A DNA stretch of 64,000 nucleotides, from NCBI GenBank assembly GCA_029953675.1, contig JAMWBK010000001.1, forward strand, positions 2,170,001-2,234,000, written 5' to 3'. Every line of letters begins with the position of its first letter. Position 1 is the stretch's first letter. This document shows, one piece after another, positions 35,991-47,240 of the stretch. This stretch comes from Rhodosorus marinus CCMP1338 (Eukaryota > Plantae > Rhodophyta). A program made the position numbers and the translations under genes. The notes beneath the pieces were generated by a model. That model was not told the DNA's origin. It made no database searches and was given only the letters and a program-made list of their open reading frames with translations.

Positions 35991-38527
35991 ATGGAAAGTC
36001 GGGAGAATTTGCTGTCGATACCGGTGAAGGATGCTGTCGCGGTACCTGGGGAGACTCTTCCAAGGATATGTCCCAAGGTCGGCGTTTACGATCAGCCTTA
36101 TGATGGAGCGAGTTTGGAGAACACATACGACATACTCATGTGAGTTTTGCCGTCCAGGGATTTAGCATTTCGCCCCTCGTTTCTTCCACAGAAAAGCGTT
36201 TTTCCGGAGTGATCTGGCTTGTTTGTCTGAAAGAGTTCTCCTAAAATGCCCATGCTTGATTAGTCATGGAATGCAACGAAGCAAAGGAGAATTCTTGGGC
36301 TGGCGAGGGGGGTCTGATTACAGCTGGTATACCTATGAGGAGGTAAACGAGCTCGCTGTAACCTTGGGAACAGCGTTGAAGTCCTCTGGTGTCAAGAAGG
36401 TGAGGTTGATATCCTTGACTCAAGGGATCACGTCGGCATCATTGTTCTGAAGTGAAGTTTTTGAGTTTTTCGACAGGGTTCAGTCGTTGGCATATTTTCA
36501 GCGAACTGTCCGAACTGGATGATCAGCGACGTCGCGCTGTCTACGCAAGGCATGATCTGTGCGCCGCTGTACGACTCGCTTTCTCCTGGAGCCGTCCAGT
36601 ACATCATCAATCATGCCAGTATTTCGGCAGCGTTTGTGCAGGACAAGCATGTTGGAGATGTCCTGGAAGTGCTAGACACCTGCCCAAGCCTGAAACTGAT
36701 CATTGCTATGGGAACAATGGACGTGAACTCTGTCGGGGAGTACCCCAAGCACGAGAAAGTTGTGTCACTTTGTATGCCTGCTCCCGAACGCGATGGAAAG
36801 GCAAAGTTTGAGAACTAACTGCGCAAAATCTGGTCGTCTCGTTTTTACATAACTCGTAGCGGAATTCATCAAGCGCGGGGAATTCGACACGTCAAAGGTT
36901 GACGTCAGCGGTCCGGATGATTTGGCCATGATCATGTACACGAGCGGAACCACTGGAGATCCAAAGGGAGTCATGCTCTCTAACAAGGCTTTTGTTGCCG
37001 GCGTTTCAGTTGGTATTCGTTTCCTGGGCACGTACGGTGGAGAAATCTCCCGGAGTGACACCATGCTTGGCTTCCTCCCTTTGGCTCATATCTTTGAGCA
37101 GACCGCTGAGAAATCGTTCATGATGAGCGGCGGCCGGGTGGGATACTGGAAGGGCGACGTAAAGCTCATTTTGGATGACCTGATGAGCTTAAAACCGACG
37201 ATTTTCTTCGCGGTCCCTCGGGTTTACGCGCGTTTCGAGCAAAAAATTCAGCAAGGGCTGGCGCAGAGTAGCTTTCTCAAGCGAACTTTGTTCGAGTGGG
37301 CGTACGCCTTGCAGCTCTCGTACGTTCAAAACTTTCAGGCGCGAAATGGCTTGCTCGACGCGCTGCTGTTCTCCAAGGTATAGTCTGCAGTCTTGTGCTA
37401 TCGTTATGCCGGCATCCAAGAGATGGCCGTGTCCACCTTGGGCTGAACAAAACACAATTAACATCCGACAGGTCAAGGAAAAGTTGCTCCCGAATGTTCG
37501 ATTTTGTGTTACAGGAGCAGCGCCAATGTCGAAGGCCACTCAAGATTTCCTCAAGGTATCTTGGGGTTCCCAGCCAGAAAACGGAAAACGGACGACACCG
37601 CAGTCGGCGATCAACACAACTGCATCAATTGAAACATTAATCTATGGTTTTCTGTAGGTCGTACTCGTCGCACCCGTATGCCAAGGCTATGGGCTGACCG
37701 AGACCTGTGCAGTGACATCTGCGACGCCACCATGCAGAGAAGGAGAGATTGACATTGGAGCTTCAGGCACTGTAGGAGGTCCGATGAACGGCTATGTCAA
37801 GCTCATCGACGTACCTGATATGGAATACTTGACCACTGATAAGCCGTATCCTCGCGGGGAGATATGCGCCAAGTGTCCGAATATGTTCAGCGGTTACTAC
37901 AAAAACGAGGAGGAAACGAGGAAAGTCTTGACCGATGACGGCTGGTTCCACACGGGTGACGTTGGGCAGCTCCTCCCAGATGGCAGTGTACAGATCATCG
38001 ACAGGAAAAAAAATCTTTTCAAGCTTTCCCAGGTAAACCCGACAGCGATTTATTTATCCTTTATATTGACCTCCTCCTTAAAAGGCGTTTTTATGGCATT
38101 TGGTTAGGGAGAGTATGTATCGCCGGAGCATATCGAGGGTGAACTCACAAAATGCAATCTGGTCGGTCAGCTCTGGGTATACGGAAACTCGTTCGAGAGG
38201 TACCTGGTTGGTATTGTCGTCCCAGATCCTGATCAATGGAAGGCGTGGGCTGAAGCTCACGCGAAAGATTTTGACCTGAAGAAGCTCAGCGAGGATCCTG
38301 AAATGAAGAGCGATGTTCTCTCGGAGCTGTCCCATAAAAGAAAAGCTTCTGGTTTCCGTAGCTTTGAAGAGATTGTGGACGTTCGCTTCGAAACAGACCT
38401 CAACGATCTTGGCCAGGGTTTCACTGTTGCAAACGACCTTCTCACACCGACCTTCAAGATGAAGCGGAACAAACTACAACAGCGCTTCCAGAAGGACATT
38501 GATGACATGTACGCTTTGATGCGGTAA
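35991..38527 (+). CDS. LACS: Long-chain acyl-CoA synthetase, multi-exon
   Basis: YTSGTTGDPKGVML, FLPLAHIFE, VTGAAP, QGYGLTET, RGEICAK, GWFHTGDVG, IDRKKNLFKLSQ|GEYVSPE, LTPTFKMKR. Confidence 0.96.
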
Positions 38528-39443
38528 GGAGGAACTTCGTATTTTACGTATTTGGCACAATTTTGATCGGCCCTCCAGCCCTGGCAACCGACCTGTGTGG
38601 ACTCTGGCGTCGCTATGAAACCATTAAAGAGAACAGCTACTCGAGCCGCTTACCAGAAAATAACTGATCGTCTTTTGTAGCAACTGCGACTGGCAGGCTC
38701 CTGCTCTGAGGCGCGCTGACCACACAACCGTTTGTTCGACGCAAAGGATCGTTCAGGAAGGAGAAACTGCCGGTTGGGATATGCGTCGCATAGGCTGCGG
38801 GAAAGATGTCTTTCGTTAAGCTTGCACGCAGTACAAGGAACGGATACGAAAGAGGGCTGACACAAAACTAGTGGGCACTTGGCACGTGGCGCTTTAGTAG
38901 GTTATGACGTTGACGACGTTGCCCATCCCAAACCGCGGAGAGTGCTTTGGCGTTGATCCTATGACCATGAATAGCAACGCACCGATCAACCACGCCACAT
39001 CTTTTCGGGGGAGCGGGTAACATTGAACACAGCGACCTACCCCAAGGTTTGTTGATCAGACATGTGTGTGACTGCATGACTCCCTCTACCCAAAGCGGAG
39101 ACTCTTCAACAACTACGACACCAAATGTGGTCTGGTTCAGGTATACCAGCTTCGTGGATCTATTTGTTACTACTCACATGCTTCAGGAATATGCGGGTTT
39201 GCGGGGTATATAGCGTTTCACATCTTGTTCGCGTGAGTGACTTCCAGGGCATGAGAGTAGTAAGAGGAAGATCGGCGAGGCTGATCTACCTGAACCACAC
39301 CACATGTGCGTGCGACGCAGTTTTGGCAATCCAATGGAACTGCTGAAATTTGTAAAGGTGAACTTGGGAGGAGTTTGAAATCTAGTTACTTCTCGTTAAC
39401 TAGGAAAGAGAAACTGTTCCAAATTGGCCAGTTTTTCAACCTC

Positions 39444-39950
39444 CTATGTTGAATTTTCAAAGGACATTCGAAGGACTGGCTGCTCCATTAATTTTGCCCG
39501 CAGTGTGTCAAACGCTTCCCGCTGCTCAGGTCCCAACCGAAATCTTACATCCTTAGTTAGGTCCGTCAGAGAATCTGCGACGACGCTGAACTGCAACACA
39601 TAACTGCGTAGACAGCCCGTTGAGCCCAGGAAGGACCTTGCGTCATGCACGTTCTCCGGGGTTCGCCAATTGTCTAAACGGCTACTTTACTGGGATCCGG
39701 TTGCCGCTTTCCGCTTCCAACGAGATACCCCAGATATTTGGTTTCTGGAACACCAAAAACAAACTTTGATCTTTCGGTATCCAACGTGTTGTCCCGCAGT
39801 TTTGAAAAGACGACGTCCAGGTGTGTCTTATGGTCGTCCGAATTCGCTGAGTATGTGATGATGTCGTCCAAAAAAATAGTGATGAAAACACCGAACTCGT
39901 TAAAGAAAATGTGGTTCAAAATAATCGGGTGAAGACAGCCGGCGCACTTG
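39444..39950 (-). pseudogene. Degenerate Ty3/Gypsy RT fragment
   Basis: LNHIFFNEFGVFITIFLDDI (YxDD-like), SKFVFGVPETKYLG and ARSFLGSTG; homologous to 43000-43450. Confidence 0.85.
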
Positions 39951-40079
39951 TCAGTCCAAAAGGTACCCGACGAGGCAATCCAGAAGCGTGAAATCGGAGA
40001 AGCTTGAGAAACCCGAGAAAGCGGAGAAAGCGCGCAACTCAGTATCACGTTACAACGATGCAGAAGAAGAAGAAGAAGA

Positions 40080-40500
40080 AAAAGGGTGGTAGGGGTGTCA
40101 TCTTCTACGGATGCCGTAAACCCGGACGCGTACTTGTGGATTGCCCTGAGGAGCAGGGCAAGACCGACGAGGAAACGCCCATCAGAAGGTTTCACGCGGG
40201 AATGGTCACCAAACATGAACAGGGAAAAGTTCATTCTTGACTCGAGTGCAACTGATCACGTATGTGAAGTGGATGGTGTGTTCCAGGGTCCTAAGCGAAG
40301 TATTGACACGGAAGTTACATTCGGGGACGGGAACACCAAGACCCTCAGCGAGAAGGGTACGGTGGAATTGGACACACGTGGAGGAGACACCCGTGCTTGG
40401 CTGATACAATTTTACTTCCCAGGAGGTGCGCTCAACGTCATCAGCCTTACCGGACTTATGGAAAAGGGCTTTAGAGTTAGACACAGGAAGTAGGGATTTT
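40080..40500 (+). pseudogene. Ty1/Copia gag-knuckle/protease fragment
   Basis: Degenerate knuckle FYGCRKPGRVLVDCPE, then FILDSSATDHVC...VTFGDG...GTVEL (Copia protease pattern). Confidence 0.7.
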
Positions 40501-40783
40501 GTAATATCCGTAAATTTTAATGGGCAGCTGCCTACTGCGGCGCATCACTATTTCTACTACGATCTAGGGAACATTTACGGGAACCCCGCTACCGGGGTCT
40601 CATGCTACGTTCTAAAGAAAAAGCAGGGACCGCAGGACTTCTTGCGGGACAGCTGCAAGCACTTACTACACAAGAGCGCGGAGCTGAGCGACGTACGGGC
40701 TCAGATGAACCGGAAACTATGGCAAGGTAACGCGGAGATTGCGATACTCTCAGAGCGCCTACTCTCTAGATTGCGATACTCAC

Positions 40784-41422
40784 CTACATGATGTTTTTCA
40801 TGTCTCGCTATTACGGAAGTTCAATGGACCGGAACCTGAAGGCTCGCTTGTAGTTCCTGCAATGCAACCAGACATACCACAGCGCTAGTTGAAGTCAGTT
40901 TTGGGACATCGTCGAGATGAAAAGAACCTGAATGAATACTTCGTTTACTTTGAAGGCGAGACAACGGACGATTTGAGATGGTTACCCCACCATCAACTAC
41001 CGCAGAACCAGAATACCAAGAAACAAATTCGGTATTATACATATCTCCACAAGGCAGCGTCTTCTTCCACGGGATAGTTCTTTCTTTCAGTGGGGAGGAG
41101 TTGTTACGTCCTGACCGAACAAGTCCTGACCGAACAAGTCAGGACGTAACAACTCCTCCCCACTGAAAGAAAGAATACCGAATTTGTTTCTTGGTATTCT
41201 GGTTCTGCGGTAGTTGATGGTGGGGTAACCATCTCAAATCCTCCGTTGTCTCGCCTTCAGACTAAACGAAGTATTCATTCAGGTTCTTTTCATCTCGACG
41301 ATATCCCAAAACTGACTTCAACGCTGTGGTATGTCTGGTTGTAATGCAGGAACTACATGTGAGCCTTCAGGTTCCGGTCCATTGAACTTCCGTAATAGCG
41401 AGACAAGAAAAACATCATGTAG
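40784..41422. repeat. Diverged palindrome of chromodomain + PPT + LTR start (arms 40784-41115 / 41138-41422)
   Basis: The centre reads GTGGGGAGGAGT-TGTTACGTCCTGAC...GTCAGGACGTAACA-ACTCCTCCCCAC. The arms are similar but carry substitutions and indels. Confidence 0.92.
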
Positions 41423-44100
41423 TTGAGAATCTCCCGGGAGCTCCAGCGTATATGCTAGATTACCAATTTTTTCGTAGAATTTTAAACGGTCCGACATATC
41501 TGGGCCGAAAAACTTTTGAATCTGGGAGTTGAAGAGTCCGTGTTGACAAGAGCACATATTCGCCTGGTTCAAAGTGGAGGTCTCTTTGTTGACAAGAGCA
41601 CATATTCGCCTGGTTCAAAGTGGAGGTCTCTTTTGCCTCGATCATAGTAGAAGCGTTGGCGTTCTTGGTTGGCGCGGGCTAGGTCTCGTTGGTCCTTTTG
41701 GGGTTGTAGCAGGACCGTGGCGGCTTCAGGTATTGGTAGTGAACGGTCTCGGTCATCTGGGACTTTAAGGTCGGGAGGTATTGTCGGGTTCTTTCCATAA
41801 GTCAACTCGAAAGGGGAAAACTGCGTCGCTTCCGAGATCTGACGATTGCACACCAGCTCTGCAATCGGTAGGTCTTCTGCCCAATTCGTTGCAGACGAAT
41901 TACACCTCAGGGACGTCTCCAGCGTCTGATTGATTCGCTCTGTCTGTCCGTCTGTCTGTGGATGATATGCTGTACTCAGGTTTTGCCTTACTTGCAGCAT
42001 CTTCAACAATTCCCTCCAGAAAAATCCCGTAAATTTTATGTCTCGGTCAGAAATGATGTCTCTAGGTATACCAGCGAACCTAACCCAATACCCAATGACG
42101 TAAGAACAGCTTCGCGGTTTGTTGCGCCGTCGCCGTTGTCGTTGTCGGTAGGAAACGGGCATAACTTTGTGAACCGATCGACGATCACGAAGATCGCGTC
42201 GAACCCGTCCTCGGTTAGAGGTAGGCTGACAATGAAATCCATCGATGCGGATTGAAATCTCCCGTCTGGAACAGGCAGTGGGTTCAACTTTTCCGCTGAG
42301 TGTCGGAGTGGTTTTTGCCTCTGGCAAACTTCGCAAGTTCTTAAGACTTTCTCTATATCCTGCTTCAGGGTTGACCAATAGTATTTCCTCTTAATCAGGT
42401 TCCGGGTTTTCGTTACGCCAGGGTGTCCTCCGGTTGGCTCTTCATGATAGCTTCGTAGGAGAGCGGGTCCGAGACGTTCCGAACCCAAATCCTGTTATGC
42501 AAGAACAGGGTATCGTTCCTTCGAGTGAACCCTTGGGCAGCATACTTCTGGTCTTCCCGGTACACCTCACTGAATTCTGGGTCCTGAAGGTAAGCCTGCT
42601 GCCAGTTGATGTCGTTGTTGATCGACGAGGTTGCCAAGTGTTGGATGGCATGCCGACTTAACGCATCGGCGATATCCTCCTTGACGTTTAGTAAGCTCCT
42701 TCTGCGAGTGCAGGAATCTCAAAGGGTTGTGATCTGTACGAACCGCAAACTCGACCCCCTCCAGATATGTACGCCAGTGTAGGGCTGCAGCGGCTAACGC
42801 GAACAACTCTTGTTCATAGGTTGAGTAGTTTTCCTCTGCTTCGGTAAACCTTTTCGAGTAGTACGCGATCGGGTGTTCACCGTCGTCAAAGGTCTGAAGA
42901 AGTACAGCTCCTACGCCCTTGTTGCTGGCGTCCGTACACACAATGAACCCTTTTCCGAAGTCAGGGTTGTGCAAAACTGGTTCGTTTGATAGTCAAACTA
43001 TAGAAAGCTTTTTGCTGCTGTGCTCCCCACTGAAACTTAACTCCCTTTTTCGTCAACTCTGTCAACGGTGCCGCAATTAGGCTGAATCGCGATACGTAAT
43101 TTCGTAGGTAGCCCGTAAAACCCAGAAAGGATCTGACGTCTTGAACATTCTTCGGGGTTCGCCAGTTTTTGAGAGCAGCTACTTTGCCGGGGTCCGGTCG
43201 CCGTTTCCCGCTTCCAACTAGGTGACCCAAATACTTCGTCTCGGGAACTCCAAAAGTACACTTTGATAGCTTGGCAAACAATTTATGTTTGCGTAGTTTG
43301 TTGAACACTATACCCAGGTGCCTTCGGTGTGTCTCCAGGTTCGGCGAATAAATGACGATGTCGTCGAAGAAAATCATGACAAAGTCATTAAGCTCGTTGA
43401 AAAAGATGTGGTTCAAAAGTCTGGTGAACACTGCCGGTGCATTTGTCAGACCGAATGGCATGACAAGCCATTCGTATAGTCCGAATGGTGTTGTGAATGC
43501 CGTCTTCTGGATATCCTCCTCTATCACTCTTAGTTGCCAGTATCCACTCCGTAGATCGACCACACTGAGGTAAGATGCGGTGCCCAACGCATCGAGGCAA
43601 TCATCAATCCGTGGCGGATTCGTTTGATTCGCAATTGTCTGCCGGTTCAATCTCCTGTAATCAATACACAGCCGCTTACCGCCATCCTTTTTGTCAACAA
43701 AAAGGCAGGGAGACGCGAAAGGAGATGAACTCGGCCGAATCAGCTTTCTCAGTAACAAGTTCTGTAGCTGTTCCTTTAGTTCGCGTTGGTCTGGGAGATT
43801 CATCCGGTATGGTCGTTGAGCCACTGTTTCTGCTCCCGGTCGTAGCTCGATTTCAAAGTTAACCTCGCGCCATGGAGGTAGCTCATGAACTTCGTCGGCG
43901 AATACCGTTTCGTATGTTGAGGTGATCCAAGCTTCCAACTCCATAGCTTCTTTCTTTCGTGTTGCTTCTTGGGTTTTCACACCCGGTTTTTCTTGTTCAA
44001 TTGTTTCTGGTGTAACTTGTTCTGGTTCATTTTCTGGTTTCTTTCCGGGTTGTATTATGGTTTCAGGTATCATTCCGCCTGAGTTCAACTTCCTCCGAAA
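41138..44100 (-). mobile_element. Degenerate Ty3/Gypsy chromovirus pol (RT, RNase H, integrase, chromodomain), frameshifted
   Basis: [88 protein letters not shown] 46-bp tandem duplication lies at 41541-41632. Confidence 0.95.
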
Positions 44101-44329
44101 AATCTTTTGTCTCTGGATCCAATCTCGAAAAACCTCCTAATGGCAAAAATTTTCCGTTGGTTCCAGCCAGGTATCTCAATATCCGTCGCGGTTTTTCGAA
44201 AGCTCCAAGTCGATAGTTAGCAATTTTTCGCGCGATCTGCCCTACTGCGAAGCATATATCAGGCCGCGTCCTGGTGCTCAGGTAGTACTCGCTCCGACTG
44301 TCGATTTATCCAGTGTCCGAATGCTGCTG

Positions 44330-44550
44330 CTATAGCAGCAAGGGAGGACCTCGAGGTAGAGCAAGCGGATGTCAAGACGGCGTGCCTGAACGCCGATCGA
44401 GATATACATGCTGCAACCAAGAGGGTTGGAGGAACCCGGCAAGGCAGACTAGGTCTTCCCGCTCAAGAAAGTCTGTACGGATTGAAACAGGCCGGTCGCG
44501 AGTGGCACCACAAGCTCCGAAAGGACCTAGAGGAGGAAGGGTTCAAAGCA
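44330..44550 (+). pseudogene. Ty1/Copia RT fragment nested in the Gypsy remnant
   Basis: An alternative frame reads IAAREDLEVEQADVKTACLN...IYMLQP...KSLYGLKQAGREWH. Confidence 0.8.
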
Positions 44551-45026
44551 CTACGTATGTGTCGTACGTGTGGCCTCGTCCGGGGTGTCAATCACCTCTC
44601 TCAGACCTTTCAAGTCAAGAAAGGTCTCGAGCTGGAAGCGCCAGTGTCTAAAGGACAGATACGACTCCTTCTCTCCTCGGAACACAGAGGGTAGTTTGAA
44701 GTCTTTGAGTCTGCGTCCGCGTCCGAGGAACACCCCCTCGTCCCGACAACCATATCGCCTCCCGTCCCTTATCCCGCACTCTGAGCTCTCCTTTTTCTAA
44801 ATCGCACCAAGCGATGAGACCATGTCAGAAATACTTGACCTCCGTTGTGCTCCAAACTTCGGTGACTTCTTACTGTTTCCCTGTCCCGGAAGCCCACAAC
44901 TTGGGCCTAAGTAATCAACGCCTGCCAATGCATGGCGGCCCATTGTGAGGCCCCCAATGATTCTACTTCAGGTCTGCAGTATACTATCCTAGCTACGCTA
45001 TCTGGCCTGAACTTCCAACTATGACA
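44551..45026 (-). mobile_element. 5' end of a Gypsy element: probable LTR (45026-44824), PBS (44823-44812), gag start
   Basis: TGTCA...TGACA termini directly followed by TGGTCTCATCGC; gag-like LPSVFRGEKESYLSFRHWRFQLETFL. The LTR outer boundary is tentative because no second copy is present. Confidence 0.7.
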
Positions 45027-47240
45027 ACGGCGCAAAAGCCATTAGTGTCCAACAGAAGAGAAGGCGCAGTTAACTAGAAATTCTTCGAGTAAATCCGACT
45101 CGTTCGGGGATGGTGGTGGTTCTTCGCGTAAATCGGACGTCTTCAGGCAAGAGTTAGAGGCGATTTGTACTCCTCATTCTATTTTGCCCCCCTTTTGCCT
45201 GACCTTCGGCAAGCCTGGGACTCGACGAGTACGTATCTCCTCACGCCCCAGCTGGAAATCTTGAACAGCCTGTCCACTTCGAGAGGTGCGCCTTTTTGCT
45301 TTCCTTCTAGTCTGCTTGGCTTTCTCACTGGCCCGGCAGTTTGGGGCAAGTCTGTCTGGTACAGGTCTCAAGGACGCTCTGCTGATCTTCAACGGGGTGG
45401 AGCTGTCCCCATTGTATCGTTCAGTTGATTGGCCTTTCCTTTGCTGCTCTACACCTCTCTATACAATGTTTCGCTTTGTACGCTCTTGGTTGCTGCAGTC
45501 CCAGCGCGATGATGTACATAAAAAGGTTACGAATGCCTCCGGACCAGGAGCCAGACCGTCACAAAGTACTACGGGATTTTCACGCCTGCTCAGGATATTA
45601 CTTCGTTGTCCTCCTGAACAAGATCCTCCCTTCCTCCCTGCTTCCAATGAACCCCCGGCAGCTTTTGATTCCAAAAAGATTTAACTTCACAACAACACGA
45701 AAGCGGAAGCGTCAATGGGTCGACATAGGACAGCTCAGGACAGCTTCAGGACATTCAGATCCCCAAATCACTCTTCCCCCCTTGAAAAATTTCTCTTGTC
45801 AAAGGCCAAGACATGAAAATAAAAATATTTTTGGTTTATCAAACCCATTTTCCATCGTAGTCAACACCCCACATATACTGCCAGGCCATTGACTTCCACA
45901 ATACAAATTCTACAAATCCAGACCAAAATATGTGGTCCCACCCGTCCGCTACAAAGATCCTCCTGACCATTATCGTCAGTAATACTCATAATTTAATTAT
46001 AAAATCTATAAATAGAATTAAAGGCATATGACGGAAGGGGGGGGGAAGAAGTATGCTCTGTCCCGTGTAACCCATCCAAAAGAGGGACGGGGCAGGGGGG
46101 GTTGAAAAGCAAAAGAATGAAACAAAAAATATCTGCAAATGGTACTCCTGAGCCTCCGCGAACCCTGGCCCCGAAAACCCAATCCTCAAAACCATGAAAT
46201 TCTATTGTTTGTTTGAGGAAGAGGAGGAGCGTGGTCTGTTGCAACCGCGCAGACCCCCCCTCCCCGGGGGGGGGGCTGGAGATGTAAATCGGTCGACGAC
46301 TTCCAGGAATCTTACAATTTTATTCTATTTCAAAGGGGAAAAAAAGATGCAGGAAAACCTACGCACCACCAGTAAAGAACCCTGAAAATCGCGTGAGAAA
46401 GCAGACACCGCCGGGGAGGGGTTAGGAAAAAATAGGCCCATGTAATATTGGAAGAAGCAACTTGGCCCATAAAATGGACCCAACTGGACAGCTTTCTAGA
46501 AGGCCCAAATCATGATTCCGAAAAAAGGCAAAAAAAGGGAATCATGGCTTTTTCTAGGGCCACGGAATGGCCGGAATGGCGTAAAAAGCTGGATTTCATT
46601 TTTCGCTTTGTTTTGGGAATGGGTCCTCGTACATAAACAATTCCATTTTTGGTGGTAAAATAGGGGGGTATTTTGGCTGCGGCGGTGAGGAGAGAAGAGG
46701 GGGTGTTGAGTTTCGGGGGTCAGGGAGGGGGGGGGGTTCTGGTTGGGGAGTTCTTGACTGGGTTGGAAGAGCGGGGTTTCCGGGGGGAAGGTCTGTATGT
46801 TTGTCTTGGGAAGTGGGAGAGACGGGACAGAGAGACACTCGCGGAGGGGAGAAGGCTTGAGGTTGCTTAATAGTGTGCCAAGGAGGAAGGAGGATTCGTT
46901 GGGCTTTCTTGGAGGGTTTGGGGGTGGGTGGGGGGGAGGGAGGTGGAGTTGGGAGGGGGTGGGAAGGGTTCTAGGAGGGGAGCGTTTAAGGCTCGAGTAC
47001 GTTTTCTCTTATTTAGTTTGGTGGTTTGGTTGTTGAGAGAAGGTTGTCGGTGGGAGGGAGGCTCTTTCGCGTGGCTTTTCGTTGGTTTGTGACTTGTTTG
47101 ACGCATGAGGGGTTCAGGATAGCGGTTTATCTGTTGGTGTTGGTGCCTACATGTGCGAGTTGGGGCGGGGCTTGTTTGAAGCGTCCGGTCTTGTTTGTTT
47201 TATACTTCAGTTGGTTTATTAGGATATTGACTTGAACAGC

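Noticed and set aside
45165-45892. Signal-peptide-like ORF 45286..45684 and neighbours
   Set aside because: Overlapping short ORFs with no motifs next to a TE nest; cannot be supported.
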